The translations under genes were made by a program, and so were the position numbers. Shown one piece after another: positions 25,101 to 34,978 of a DNA stretch of 64,000 bases. Location of the stretch: assembly GCA_950097015.1 (NCBI GenBank), contig CATNEN010000038.1:27032001-27096000 (forward strand). Reading direction: 5' to 3'. Below the pieces are notes generated by a model. The model was not told the origin of the DNA. It did no database searches and was given only the letters and a program-made list of their open reading frames with translations. Every line of letters begins with the position of its first letter. Positions within the stretch are counted from its first letter, which is position 1. Source of the stretch: Macrostomum hystrix. Lineage: Eukaryota; Animalia; Platyhelminthes.

Positions 25101-28100
25101 GGCGTGTTGGTTGACGCGACCACCGGTGCCGCCATTCTGGGACCTCGCGGCCAGCTGCTGGACGCCAACGGTCAGGTGATCGCCTGTCGAGTAGTCGACC
25201 CGGCTGGGGAAGACAACAGTCTACCGCCGCCCCCGCCTGGTCAGGAGTATCGACTCAATGCGCACGGCGTCCTGATCGACGCGGCTTCCGGCCTGCCGGT
25301 GCGGGACTCTGCTGGTCGGTTTTATGGCCTGAACCGCCGCCCCGTGTACGGAGATCGGCTAGCCAGCGGAAAGCTTGTCGGAGAGGTGCGAGTCGACGAA
25401 AACGGTCGCCTGGTCGATGCTGATGGAAATCCGATTAAAGGGCCGAATGGCGAGATGCTCGACGCCAAGGCGCAACCGATTGATGAAGCCGCCATGGCTG
25501 CGGCAGTGGCGGCTGCAGCTGCTGCTTCAGTCGATGCGGGCGTCGGAGAAAACACCGCCGCGGTGGCTGAATCTGGAACAGAGCCTGTCGCTGAGGATGC
25601 CGCCACCGCGGCCGTTGCTGCCCGCGCGGCGATGGCCACAGCCGAGACGGCCACAGATGCGGTGGAATCGGCGGAAGCAGCCGCGGCGGCTGGCGAAGAA
25701 TTCGAAGCGGCGACCATCGCCACGGAGACAACCGAGACCGGAGCTCAGGCCGACTTCGACGACGAGCCGGCGCCTGGAGACCCGGGCTTCTTCGGCCGCA
25801 TCAAGAAAGGCTTCCAGGAGTTCCAGGAGAAGGTTGAAGAATTTGCCGAGGAGACCAACGAGAAGATGAAAGAGCTGAACGAGGAGACCAAGCGGAAGAT
25901 GGACGCCTTCAATGAGGACACGCGCAAGAAGCTCGAAGAATTCGGCGAAGGCACGAAGAAGACGTTTGGGAATATCGGCGACAGCACCGCGGCTGCCTTC
26001 AAGAAGCTCGACCCGTCTAATCTAGGTGAAGCTGCTGGCACCTCGGCTGAGAGTCCAGCTCCAGCCGCTGAGGCTGAAGCGACTGCATGAGTTATCCTAG
26101 CTGAAGTCACAGCACTCTCAAATGCCTTAATCTAAACAGCATTATTAACTTTTTAAGTTCTATTCTATTATTGGCAAAGTCGTCGGCTGCACAACTTAAC
26201 AGCACCAAAGTTTATAAATTGGCGAAGTACTTGAAGGTAGATGCCCTCTGTGACGGCTTCTATGTGCGATTATGCGGACTAATTGTTTTTACTAATATTG
26301 TGGTATCCTGTGCGATCTATGGTGTTGGATTAATATTGCTTATTATTTATAACCCTATTTCTGGTGGCAGCTATTTATTCTACAAAATACTTACAATTTT
26401 AGTTACTAAGTTTAAGTTCATTAAAAAAACTAACAAATTGCAGTTGGATTTAAAAAATCCAATTGAGGCCAAAGCGCGGACAACAACAAGCAGACAGCAA
26501 CAGCAGCAGCAGCAGCTACGCTTAAGAAGGCAACATCAGAGAACTGAGCAGATTTCATCAAGCAACGAGACCAGCGCATCACCGTCCCATCGATACAGCT
26601 TACCACCTGCACCTCATCAGGCACATCATGGTGAGTGAGCCTGTGCCAGTTTACCGATAGAACGATGAGAACGGAACTATACAGGTTAAAATCGTATATT
26701 TTCAATCCATCTACGATTTAATACAACTTTCTGCAGATAAAGTTTCAACACTAAGGCAGAGCCCAAAGCAGCAGCAGCAGCAGCAGCAAGTGGAGCGTCA
26801 GCTACCACAAAGAACAACTCGACGAAAGCATCGACACTACAGGCACCAACAGCAGCAGCAGTCGCAGCAACTTTCCACACAATTGTCCCCATCAGACGAC
26901 GAACCAGCTCTCCACAGAGACTTCGTGCCAGGTAACACGACAGACGTTCTTACTTCTCGCAGCCGTAGCAACAGTAACTATAGCAACAACAACAGCGGCT
27001 CAGATTCAGTTGATGAAAAATCAGCTGCTCAGCTCCAAACTGATCGTCAACGACGCCAACGTCGAAACCGCCGGCGGGAGCCGTCAGGACTTTCGTCTAG
27101 TGTTCGAATTTTTGTCGCCCTATACGACTACGACCCGGTGACAATGAGCCCGAACCCTGATGGCGCGCAGCGCGAATTGGCCTTTCGCGAAGGCCAGCTA
27201 TTGAACGTGTTCGGCAATCGGGACTCTGATGGATTCTATAGCGGCGAGTGTGATGGCAATTCAGGACTCATTCCAGGAAATATGGTTGCCGAGGTGACTG
27301 AGCACGATTTGGCAGCTAGACATCAGCTTTACTCAAAGTCAACGTAAGGCTATAACTGTTACTTTCGTATTTTTTACCCCTTTTGCGTTTTTATAAATAC
27401 TGAATTTACAAATCAGACAATTAAGTTTGATGAGCAGTGTCTCGGTTAATTATATAAAAACCAAGTTGGTTCTCTTGAGCTGGGGGTGAGTAGCAGAGCG
27501 GTTAACGCGTTTGACTCTCGCACCGAGGTCCCTGTGCTCGATTCCGCGGCGAGGCCACATTCATTTGCGGGGCGCCGCCGCGGAGAGAAGGCTTGGAGGC
27601 TTGTCATGCGATTTACGCCAACCTGACGATGAGAATGTCAACGCAGATTTACACACCTGTGTGCTCAGGAGTTAGCTGAATAGAGAGAATTGCCTCCTCC
27701 TATCTTCGTGTCAATTGTCAACATTGGCTAACTAATGCTAACTATAATATATTCCAATATATATTATTACTCCAACAGTTCTTTGTCACGGCCTACTGCA
27801 CCACTTGACGACTCAAATTCGAACAGCAAACAGCAACATGAGCAGCACCAGAGCCGGTTGAAGAGCAAGCCGCTTCAGTCGGAAATCAGCGCTGTTGAAA
27901 CAACGCGCGATCGGCGGGCCAGATCGAGACATCGTCTGATGGTGGCTATTAGCGACTACGATCCAGCGTCAAAGACTACAGCCGCCTCTAGAAACAGCCG
28001 TATTGAGGTTGGCTTTCAAGCCGGTGATCTTGTCACGCCACTCGGCGACGAAATTGACGAAGACGAATTTCTGCTTGTACGTGTTGAACGTTCTCGTCTT

Positions 28101-28151
28101 GAGGGCTGGGTACCTGGTAGGCTTTTAAGAAATCTTGCGCTCGGTGAATAA
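5925..28151 (+). CDS. RIMBP2: RIMS-binding protein (RIM-BP/Rbp; presynaptic active-zone scaffold), canonical isoform ~1,480 aa
   Basis: Phase-consistent GT-AG exons: 5925-6407, 8228-8335, 8755-8916, 9371-9523, 9735-9833, 10243-10368, 11453-11527, 14136-14159, 14324-14437, 14834-14938, 15479-15532, 15616-15838, 16901-16957, 19508-19602, 19833-19994, 20197-20272, 20863-21356, 21586-21888, 22577-22927, 26444-26630, 26737-27343, 27779-28151. Domains: N-terminal coiled coil (LRELEKRSEMQSLRHEELLLELE), SH3-1 (RYSYDPMKQSPNDDPTDELSL...DEDGYLFGELVDGKSGYIPSNFV), three FN3 (PPRELRVERQ..., PPTNVQVEVGPQHQTLLVTW), SH3-2 (RIFVALYDYDPVTMSPNPDGAQRELAFREG...GLIPGNMV) and a divergent SH3-3. This is the RIM-BP architecture. 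The small N-terminal exons are less certain. Confidence 0.9.
6450..6656 (-). mobile_element. tRNA-headed SINE-like element (family C) in RIMBP intron 1
   Basis: Minus strand GGAGTAGCCGAGTGGTTAGG (A box) ... GGTTCGAATCT (B box), without a proper acceptor stem. The 3' boundary is approximate. Confidence 0.55.
7135..7192. repeat. (CTGT)n microsatellite
   Basis: Direct reading of the tandem CTGT run. Confidence 0.95.
7717..7872 (+). CDS. Candidate alternative first coding exon of RIMBP
   Basis: ATG in an aatcATG context opens 52 codons (MSRLGKYRNSELNGDIFYRQ...FGFQE) ending at a phase-0 donor GAG|GTAAAA, compatible with exon 8228. TATATA lies at ~7656. Confidence 0.45.
8345..8730. repeat. (CTGT/CTGC)n compound microsatellite
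   Basis: Direct reading; it is the source of the RQTD/RQAD ORFs. Confidence 0.95.
9005..9290. repeat. ~24-bp minisatellite AGGGAATTCCTTCACCTGTTAGAT
   Basis: About 12 diverged tandem copies in a RIMBP intron. Confidence 0.9.
9909..10200. repeat. 20-bp minisatellite GGTTAGTCATAGATCTAGCT
   Basis: About 14 near-identical tandem copies. Confidence 0.95.
10425..11320. repeat. Composite 19/20-bp minisatellite (ACACTCCCGTCTAACATCA, then GGAAACACATCTGAATAACA)
   Basis: Two related tandem arrays joined at ~10960. Confidence 0.95.
11535..11960. repeat. 14-bp minisatellite AGATTTGGGATCTA
   Basis: Direct reading. Confidence 0.95.
12050..14060. repeat. 24-bp minisatellite GCTAGAATCGAAGCAGCACCTTTA
   Basis: About 2 kb of tandem copies; explains the RIEAAPLA and ASILAKGA ORFs. 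Confidence 0.97.
14549..14781 (-). mobile_element. SINE family A, 5'-truncated copy
   Basis: Near-identical to 3240-3450 (TGCAGGAGGGCTGCGGGCAATGGCACATCA...). Confidence 0.9.
15890..16830. repeat. Degenerate (ATCAATCT)n-type satellite
   Basis: Direct reading. Confidence 0.9.
17270..19420. repeat. 24-bp minisatellite AAAATCGAGAATCGTCCCAATTTC
   Basis: About 2.1 kb; explains the KIENRPNF ORFs. Confidence 0.97.
20390..20600. repeat. Short ~32-bp tandem repeat containing TTAGGGGCAGAGA
   Basis: About 6 diverged copies. Confidence 0.8.
21948..22367. repeat. 23-bp minisatellite ACGATTCTCTTTGAGAAATCAAG
   Basis: About 18 head-to-tail copies with an internal imperfect palindrome and no spacers. Confidence 0.95.
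23325..23572 (-). mobile_element. tRNA-derived SINE family B (CORE-like central domain)
   Basis: Head GGGGTTGTAGCCCAGTGGCTAGAGCG...GGTTCGATTC. The body is homologous to 40290-40490, including the palindrome CAGTCCATGGACTG. Confidence 0.75.
23664..26090 (+). CDS. Giant (2,427-nt) alternative terminal exon of RIMBP: ~5 copies of a novel ~100-125 aa repeat, an Ala/Glu linker and an 11-mer amphipathic helix
   Basis: The acceptor ttctcacag|GCC at 23663/23664 is phase 0, matching the phase-0 donor at 22927. It is open for 808 codons, GC-rich, with diverged protein-level repeats (NEFGVLVD..G.P..GP.G.LLD), and ends at TGA 26088-26090. Confidence 0.8.
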   Translation, partial: AAANEFGVLVDASGVPILSSPSSDGKFLDSEGNPLTCRQVEAAVDPITGETRLLDKLDGLPVRGLRLGPNGVLLDDAGQPVRGQNGEFFGSNCQPVYGRRGVDGELLDEDGQTMQKVGVNSFGVLADLTTGQPITRQSDGALLDASGQPIDCQRCQPSQSDNGDGELTLLVDPVDGSPIGVTSVNIFGVLVDSQGRPLRGPLGEFYGPNRRPVHGGPRGPDGQLINPATGAQRRTRVNEFGALADADTGELLLGPEGQLLNTGAQLMPSRRVKLVEPAEEGGQLQLVDANSGQPLVQETDYRVNEHGVLVDAQTGLALRGPRGEFYGPPSGEPLAGGPSRDANGCLVRGGGAEEASLEPLKTRVNDWGVLVEVAGGEGDAAVEEKPILSSDGRLLDAAGRVIDCQTVAATATARARLIDAVAKGDAFALGEHGVVIDTETGRPVRSQASGEFLGADGRPVYGPRDPVGRLTVEAKLNEFGVLVDATTGAAILGPRGQLLDANGQVIACRVVDPAGEDNSLPPPPPGQEYRLNAHGVLIDAASGLPVRDSAGRFYGLNRRPVYGDRLASGKLVGEVRVDENGRLVDADGNPIKGPNGEMLDAKAQPIDEAAMAAAVAAAAAASVDAGVGENTAAVAESGTEPVAEDAATAAVAARAAMATAETATDAVESAEAAAAAGEEFEAATIATETTETGAQADFDDEPAPGDPGFFGRIKKGFQEFQEKVEEFAEETNEKMKELNEETKRKMDAFNEDTRKKLEEFGEGTKKTFGNIGDSTAAAFKKLDPSNLGEAAGTSAESPAPAAEAEATA
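27481..27700 (+). mobile_element. SINE family A, diverged copy with tRNA-like head
   Basis: GGGGTGAGTAGCAGAGCGGTTAACGCGTTTGACTCTCGCACCGAGGTCCC...CTCGATTCC matches the reverse complement of 3450-3577. Confidence 0.85.
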
Positions 28152-29279
28152 AGAATAGACTACTAGGGTCACGTGATTTTTCGATTCAACTGTTATCACA
28201 CCTCATACTGCCAGCTGACCTTGCATTCTAAAAATAGCTCATGGTCATTAATGTACATTCAGTCAATGTACATTCTAAGGGGAAGAAAAGCATCACTGGG
28301 GTTAGAAAATAATAAGCGACTGCTGCTCTAATGTTGTGGTTTTTGGTTTAAAATATTCACTATTTTGAGTAACAACCTATACAGCGATAACGGACCATAT
28401 ATATGAATTGATTATTCAGTTATCTTCGACGTCCATCGTCAGATTTTGTTCTACTTTGCGCTGTTTATACTACTTACGACATATGTGCATATGTCATTTC
28501 GATATTACTATTGGTAATAAATGAGTATGAATTTTGTGAGGTACTGAATTTTTACTATCGCCGTTTTTTGCGACTGATAATATATAAACAGTATGAATTT
28601 TAATCGAGCTTTTGATATTGCTGCAAATAATCAGCTTTTTTTGGTAAATAGTCTAGCTTCATGTCATCACGTAGTTTTAGACCAACCTAGCCTAATAAAT
28701 TATTGTATCTACTATATAGCCTGCAATTCATCACTTTATTAACTGATTTAGTTTTAATTGGATAAAATTCGAGATTTTATCTAATGCGGTTTATTTGAGA
28801 ATACATATAATTTGTATTACTTCATTTAAAGCATTTCGTTTTTAATTGTTCAGAAAATTATGATTTTTTTAAATGCCATGCTTTTAAAACCATAAATATG
28901 CTTTATTTAATCAATAGCTTCTTGACTAGCTAAGGAATCTATTTCTATCACTATAGAAATTGGAGAACAATGAGTTAGTAACTCATTGTGGCGACCAATT
29001 TTACACACATATTTTTGTCTACGATGTTCTGTGCGTTCTTCCGCGAAAGTATTTTCTTAAACAAATCGATATTATAAGGAAATAGGTAGTTCAATGAAAA
29101 TTATTGATATTCTCTATTTTCATCAGTTATCAATTATTTTTATTGGCTTCATGAAACGTCTTATATGCTTGAGTAGTAAATGCTGCGACATTGACCAAAT
29201 TTTTGGTGTTAAAATATAAAATGACAGCGCAAGAATATGCCTTTATATTTCAAAAAAGTCTAGAAATGAATAAAAATAC

Positions 29280-30110
29280 TTATTTCCGAACAAGTGTCTC
29301 ACCTGTCGATCAAGGATGAAGCTATTTCCCAATAATTTTCTCACCTGTCAATCAAGTTTGAAGTTATTTCCGAACAAGTGTCTCACCTGTCAATCAAGGT
29401 TGAAGTTATTTCCGAACGATTGTCTCACCTGTCAATCAAGGTTGAAGTTATTTCCGAACGATTGTCTCACCTGTCAATCAAGGTTGAAGCTCGTATTTCC
29501 CAACAATGGTCTCACGTACCTGTCAATCAAGGTTGAAGCTATTTCCCAACAATGGTGTCACGTACCTGTCAATCAAGGTTGAAGCTATTTCCCAACAATG
29601 CTCTCACGTACCTGTCAATCAAGGTTGAAGCTATTTCCCAACAATGGTCTCACGTACCTGTCAATCAAGGTTGAAGCTATTTCCCAACAATGGTGTCACG
29701 TACCTGTCAATCAAGGTTGAAGCTATTTCCCAACAATGCTCTCACGTACCTGTCAATCAAGGTTGAAGCTATTTCCCAACATTGATCTCACCTGTCAATC
29801 AAGGTTGAAGCTCGTATTTTCCAACAAATGTCTCACGTACCTGTCAATCAAGGTTGAAGCTATTTCCCAACATTGATCTCACCTGTCAATCAAGGTTGAA
29901 GCTCGTATTTTCCAACAAATGTCTCACGTACCTGTCAATCAAGGTTGAAGCTATTTCCCAACAATTGTCTCACCTGTCAATCAAGGTTAAAGTTATTTCC
30001 AAAGATTGGTCTCACCTGTCAATCAAGGTTGAAGCTGTGTCCCAACAATTGTCTCACCTGTCAATCAATGCGATGATTATTCTTAACCGGTGCCTCAGCT
30101 GTCAATCAAG
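29280..30110. repeat. ~39-43-bp minisatellite with core TCTCACCTGTCAATCAAGGTTGAAG
   Basis: About 20 tandem copies. Confidence 0.95.
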
Positions 30111-30939
30111 GCGCTGGCCCAAACTCTCAGTCTACAAATTCCAGACCTTTATACTAAAGCGGCCAAATCCGCAGCTCAAACGAAGCCAAACTAAAGAGAA
30201 GCACTAAAAGATTTCCCAACAAGAAGTCATTCACCCGAAATAATCCCAAGAAAATGAAAAACTACAGGGAATAAAAATAGTGTGATTTTTTGCTAATCAA
30301 TTTTTTGCCCAACCGATCAAGCGATTTCAGTGGCATAATCACTGCACAGATAAGGGGATACAAGACGGTCATGTCGTGTCTGTATCTCGGTTGATTTGAG
30401 ATAGATCACTGCAGAGTTTCACTGAAATGCACATATAAAGAGACACACGAGGAGAGACAAAGTAAAGTTGAGAGCCGTGCATGTCTAACCTCGACTGGTG
30501 CTGCTGCTGCTGCTGCTGCTGCGATGTAGCGGAAAGTGGGAGATTAAAGGCAGAACATTCGCAACACGGACACACAGATCAGTAATTTTGCTGATGGCGT
30601 CTGGGTAAAGCGTGTTGTTTTCAATCTTGCTTTCAACCTGAGTCAAGTCACGTGACCGTCTTTATATAGCTGCGCGAGAAAATAGCACGCAAAGCCTTAG
30701 ACTCAGAGATAGACAAATGCTTCCTTAATCACGAGAATTGCCAGGGACAGATGTTGACTTGTGTATCCTGAGCTTAGCTACAATTCACTTTTTGAGCTTG
30801 AAAATTATAGGATATACTAGCACACTATCTTTAGATTTCCATTTTTAACTGAAGCTCTTCTCACACACATTTTTCTTTTCTCATTTAAATCGACGTCTAA
30901 CTTCACTCTTTGAAATTTCCATTTTACTAAAATCTAATA

Positions 30940-33690
30940 CCTTCATTCCAGATGTACTTTGTTCATTCCGGATCTACTTTGTTCATTCCAGATCTACTTT
31001 GTTCATTATAGATCTACTTTGTTCATTCCAGATCTACTTTGTTCATTCCAGATCTACTTTGTTCATTCCAGATCTACTTTGTTCATTCCAGATCTACTTT
31101 TTCATTCCAGATGTACTTTGTTCATTCCAGATGTACTTTGTTCATTCCAGATCTACTTATAGATCTACTTTGTTCATTACAGATCTACTTCCTTCATTCC
31201 AGATCTACTTTGTTCATTCCAGATCTACTTATAGATCTACTTTGTTCATTACAGATCTACTTCCTTCATTCCAGATCTACTTTGTTCATTCCAGATCTAC
31301 TTTGTTCATTCCAGATCTACTTTGTTCATTATAGATCTACTTTGTTCATTCCAGATCTACTTTGTTCATTCCAGATCTACTTATAGATCTACTTTGTTTA
31401 TTACAGATCTACTTCCTTCATTCCGGATCTACTTATAGATCTACTTTGTTCTTTACAGATCTACTTCCTTCATTCCGGATCTACTTTGTTCATTCCAGAT
31501 CTACTTTGTTTATTATAGAGCTACTTTGTTCATTATAGATCTACTTCCTTAATTACAGATCTACTTTGTTCATTCCAGATCTACTTATAGATCTACTTTG
31601 TTTATTACAGATCTACTTCCTTCATTCCGGATCTACTTATAGATCTACTTTGTTCATTATAGATCTACTTTGTTCATTATAGATCTACTTTGTTCATTAT
31701 AGATCTACTTTGTTCATTATAGATCTACTTTGTTCATTATAGATCTACTTTGTTCATTATAGATCTACTTCCTTAATTACAGATCTACTTTGTTCATTCC
31801 AGATCTACTTATAGATCTACTTTGTTTATTACAGATCTACTTCCTTCATTCCGGATCTACTTATAGATCTACTTTGTTCATTATAGATCTACTTTGTTCA
31901 TTATAGATCTACTTTGTTCATTATAGATCTACTTTGTTCATTATAGATCTACTTTGTTCATTATAGATCTACTTTGTTCATTATAGATCTACTTCCTTAA
32001 TTACAGATCTACTTTGTTCATTATAGATCTACTTTGTTCATTATAGATCTACTTTGTTCATTATAGATCTACTTTGTTCATTATAGATCTACTTTGTTCA
32101 TTATAGATCTACTTTGTTCATTATAGATCTACTTTGTTCATTATAGATCTACTTTGTTCATTATAGATCTACTTTGTTCATTATAGATCTACTTCCTTAA
32201 TTACAGATCTACTTTGTTCATTATAGATCTACTTTGTTCATTATAGATCTACTTTGTTCATTATAGATCTACTTTGTTCATTATAGATCTACTTTGTTCA
32301 ATATAGATCTACTTCCTTAATTACAGATCTACTTTGTTCATTATAGATCTACTTTGTTCATTATAGATCTACTTTGTTCATTATAGATCTACTTTGTTCA
32401 TTATAGATCTACTTTGTTCATTATAGATCTACTTTGTTCATTATAGATCTACTTTGTTCATTATAGATCTACTTTGTTCATTATAGATCTACTTTGTTCA
32501 TTATAGATCTACTTTGTTCATTATTGATCTACTTTGTTCATTATAGATCTACTTCCTTAATTACAGATCTACTTTGTTCATTATAGATCTACTTTGTTCA
32601 TTATAGATCTACTTTGTTCATTATAGATCTACTTCCTTAATTACAGATCTACTTTGTTCATTATAGATCTACTTTGTTCATAATAGATCTACTTTGTTCA
32701 TTATAGATCTACTTTGTTCATTATAGATCTACTTCCTTAATTACAGATCTACTTTGTTCATTATAGATCTACTTTGTTCATTATAGATCTACTTTGTTCA
32801 TTATAGATCTACTTTGTTCATTATAGATCTACTTTGTTCATTATAGATCTACTTTGTTCATTATAGATCTACTTTGTTCATTATAGATCTACTTTGTTCA
32901 TTATAGATCTACTTTGTTCATTATAGATCTACTTTGTTCATTATAGATCTACTTTGTTCATTATAGATCTACTTTGTTCAATATTGATCTACTTTGTTCA
33001 TTATAGATCTACTTCCTTAATTACAGATCTACTTTGTTCATTATAGATCTACTTTGTTCATTATAGATCTACTTTGTTCATTATAGATCTACTTCCTTAA
33101 TTACAGATCTACTTTGTTCATTATAGATCTACTTTGTTCATAATAGATCTACTTTGTTCATTATAGATCTACTTTGTTCATTATAGATCTACTTTGTTCA
33201 TTATAGATCTACTTTGTTCATTATAGATCTACTTTGTTCATTATTGATCTACTTTGTTCATTATAGATCTACTTTGTTCATTATAGATCTACTTTGTTCA
33301 TTATAGATCTACTTTGTTCATTATTGATCTACTTTGTTCATTATAGATCTACTTCCTTGATTACAGATCTACTTTGTTCATTATAGATCTACTTTGTTCA
33401 TTATAGATCTACTTTGTTCATTATAGATCTACTTCCTTAATTACAGATCTACTTTGTTCATTATAGATCTACTTTGTTCATAATAGATCTACTTTGTTCA
33501 TTATAGATCTACTTCCTTAATTACAGATCTACTTTGTTCATTATAGATCTACTTTGTTCATTATAGATCTACTTCCTTAATTACAGATCTACTTTGTTCA
33601 TTATAGATCTACTTTGTTCATTATAGATCTACTTCCTTAATTACAGATCTACTTATTTCATTCCAGATCTACTTTGTTCATTCCAGATCT
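30940..33690. repeat. 20-bp minisatellite AGATCTACTTTGTTCATTAT
   Basis: About 2.7 kb tandem array. Confidence 0.97.
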
Positions 33691-34279
33691 TTTGAAAAGA
33701 AGTAGTAGAAACAGGTCTACTTTTGGATCTAATTCGGTCGTAAAAGTAACTTTTAAAAGCGAAATGCATGTTTGATGCATACAACAGCACTTCAATTACA
33801 ATCAAAAGCAAATTTGTTTTCAATTTTAAACACGCGCTGTCTTCATAAAAATATTAAATCACGAACTTACAAAGTAGCGAGTGTGAAATACTGGTTATGA
33901 AATGTCAACACTAAATACGAAAATAGTAGACGACAATAAAACAAGCGTCACATATTCGGTCTTTCAGATTGACAGAAAACACTTAATGATCTATTTACAC
34001 TCTGCACATTAGCACACTTTGAACAGACAACGAGAAACATTAAATCAATAAGGAACAGTTTTGCTAATTGTTGTTGACAAATAAAACTATGCTTAGCTTT
34101 CGTTCTCAATCTTTTAATTAGATTAAATCAGTGTGCTAAAATTTAAGCAAAAATGTTTTAACCTCATATTTTTATTCATATTGAACTCTCTTATTAAATC
34201 TCATCCTCACTCAAATCTCGCATTTTATTATTAACCCTCATCTCACGCATCGATGAGAATAAATTTCAACATCGCTCAA

Positions 34280-34977
34280 CCCTAAATCTCAGCCCCATCA
34301 CCGCCTCAAATCTCAGCCCATCACCGCCTCAAATCTCAGCCCATCACCGCCTCAAATCTCACCCCATCACCGCCTCAAATCTCACCCCATCACCGCCTCA
34401 AATCTCAGCCCATCACCGCCTCAAATCTCAGCCCATCACCGCCTCAAATCTTAGCCCCATCACCGCCTCAAATCTCAGCCCATCACCGCCTCAAATCTCA
34501 CCCCATCACCGCTTCAAATCTCAGCCCATCACCGCCTCAAATCTCAGCCCATCACCGCCTCAAATCTCAGCCCATCACCGCCTCAAATCTCAGCCCATCA
34601 CCGCCTCAAATCTCAGCCCATCACCGCCTCAAATCTCAGCCCATCACCGCCTCAAATCTCAGCCCCATCACCGCCTCAAATCTCACCCCGTCACTGCCTC
34701 AAATCTCAGCCCATCACCGCCTCAAATCTCACCCCATCACCGCCTCAAATCTCACCCCATCACCGCCTCAAATCTCACCCCATCACCGCCTCAAATCTCA
34801 GCCCCATCACCGCCTCAAATCTCAGCCCATCACCGCCTCAAATCTCAGCCCATCACCGCCTCAAATCTCAGCCCATCACCGCCTCAAATCTCAGCCCATC
34901 ACCGCCTCAAATCTCACCCCATCACCGCCTCAAATCTCAGCCCCTTATCACTATCCTAAATCTCAGCCCATCACCGC
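34280..34977. repeat. 23-bp minisatellite AAATCTCAGCCCATCACCGCCTC
   Basis: About 30 copies starting immediately 3' of the KCNMB-like stop codon. Confidence 0.95.
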
Positions 34978-34978
34978 A

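Noticed and set aside
24267-26110. Antisense and alternative-frame ORFs over the giant exon
   Set aside because: These are expected shadows of a GC-rich coding region, with no independent signals.
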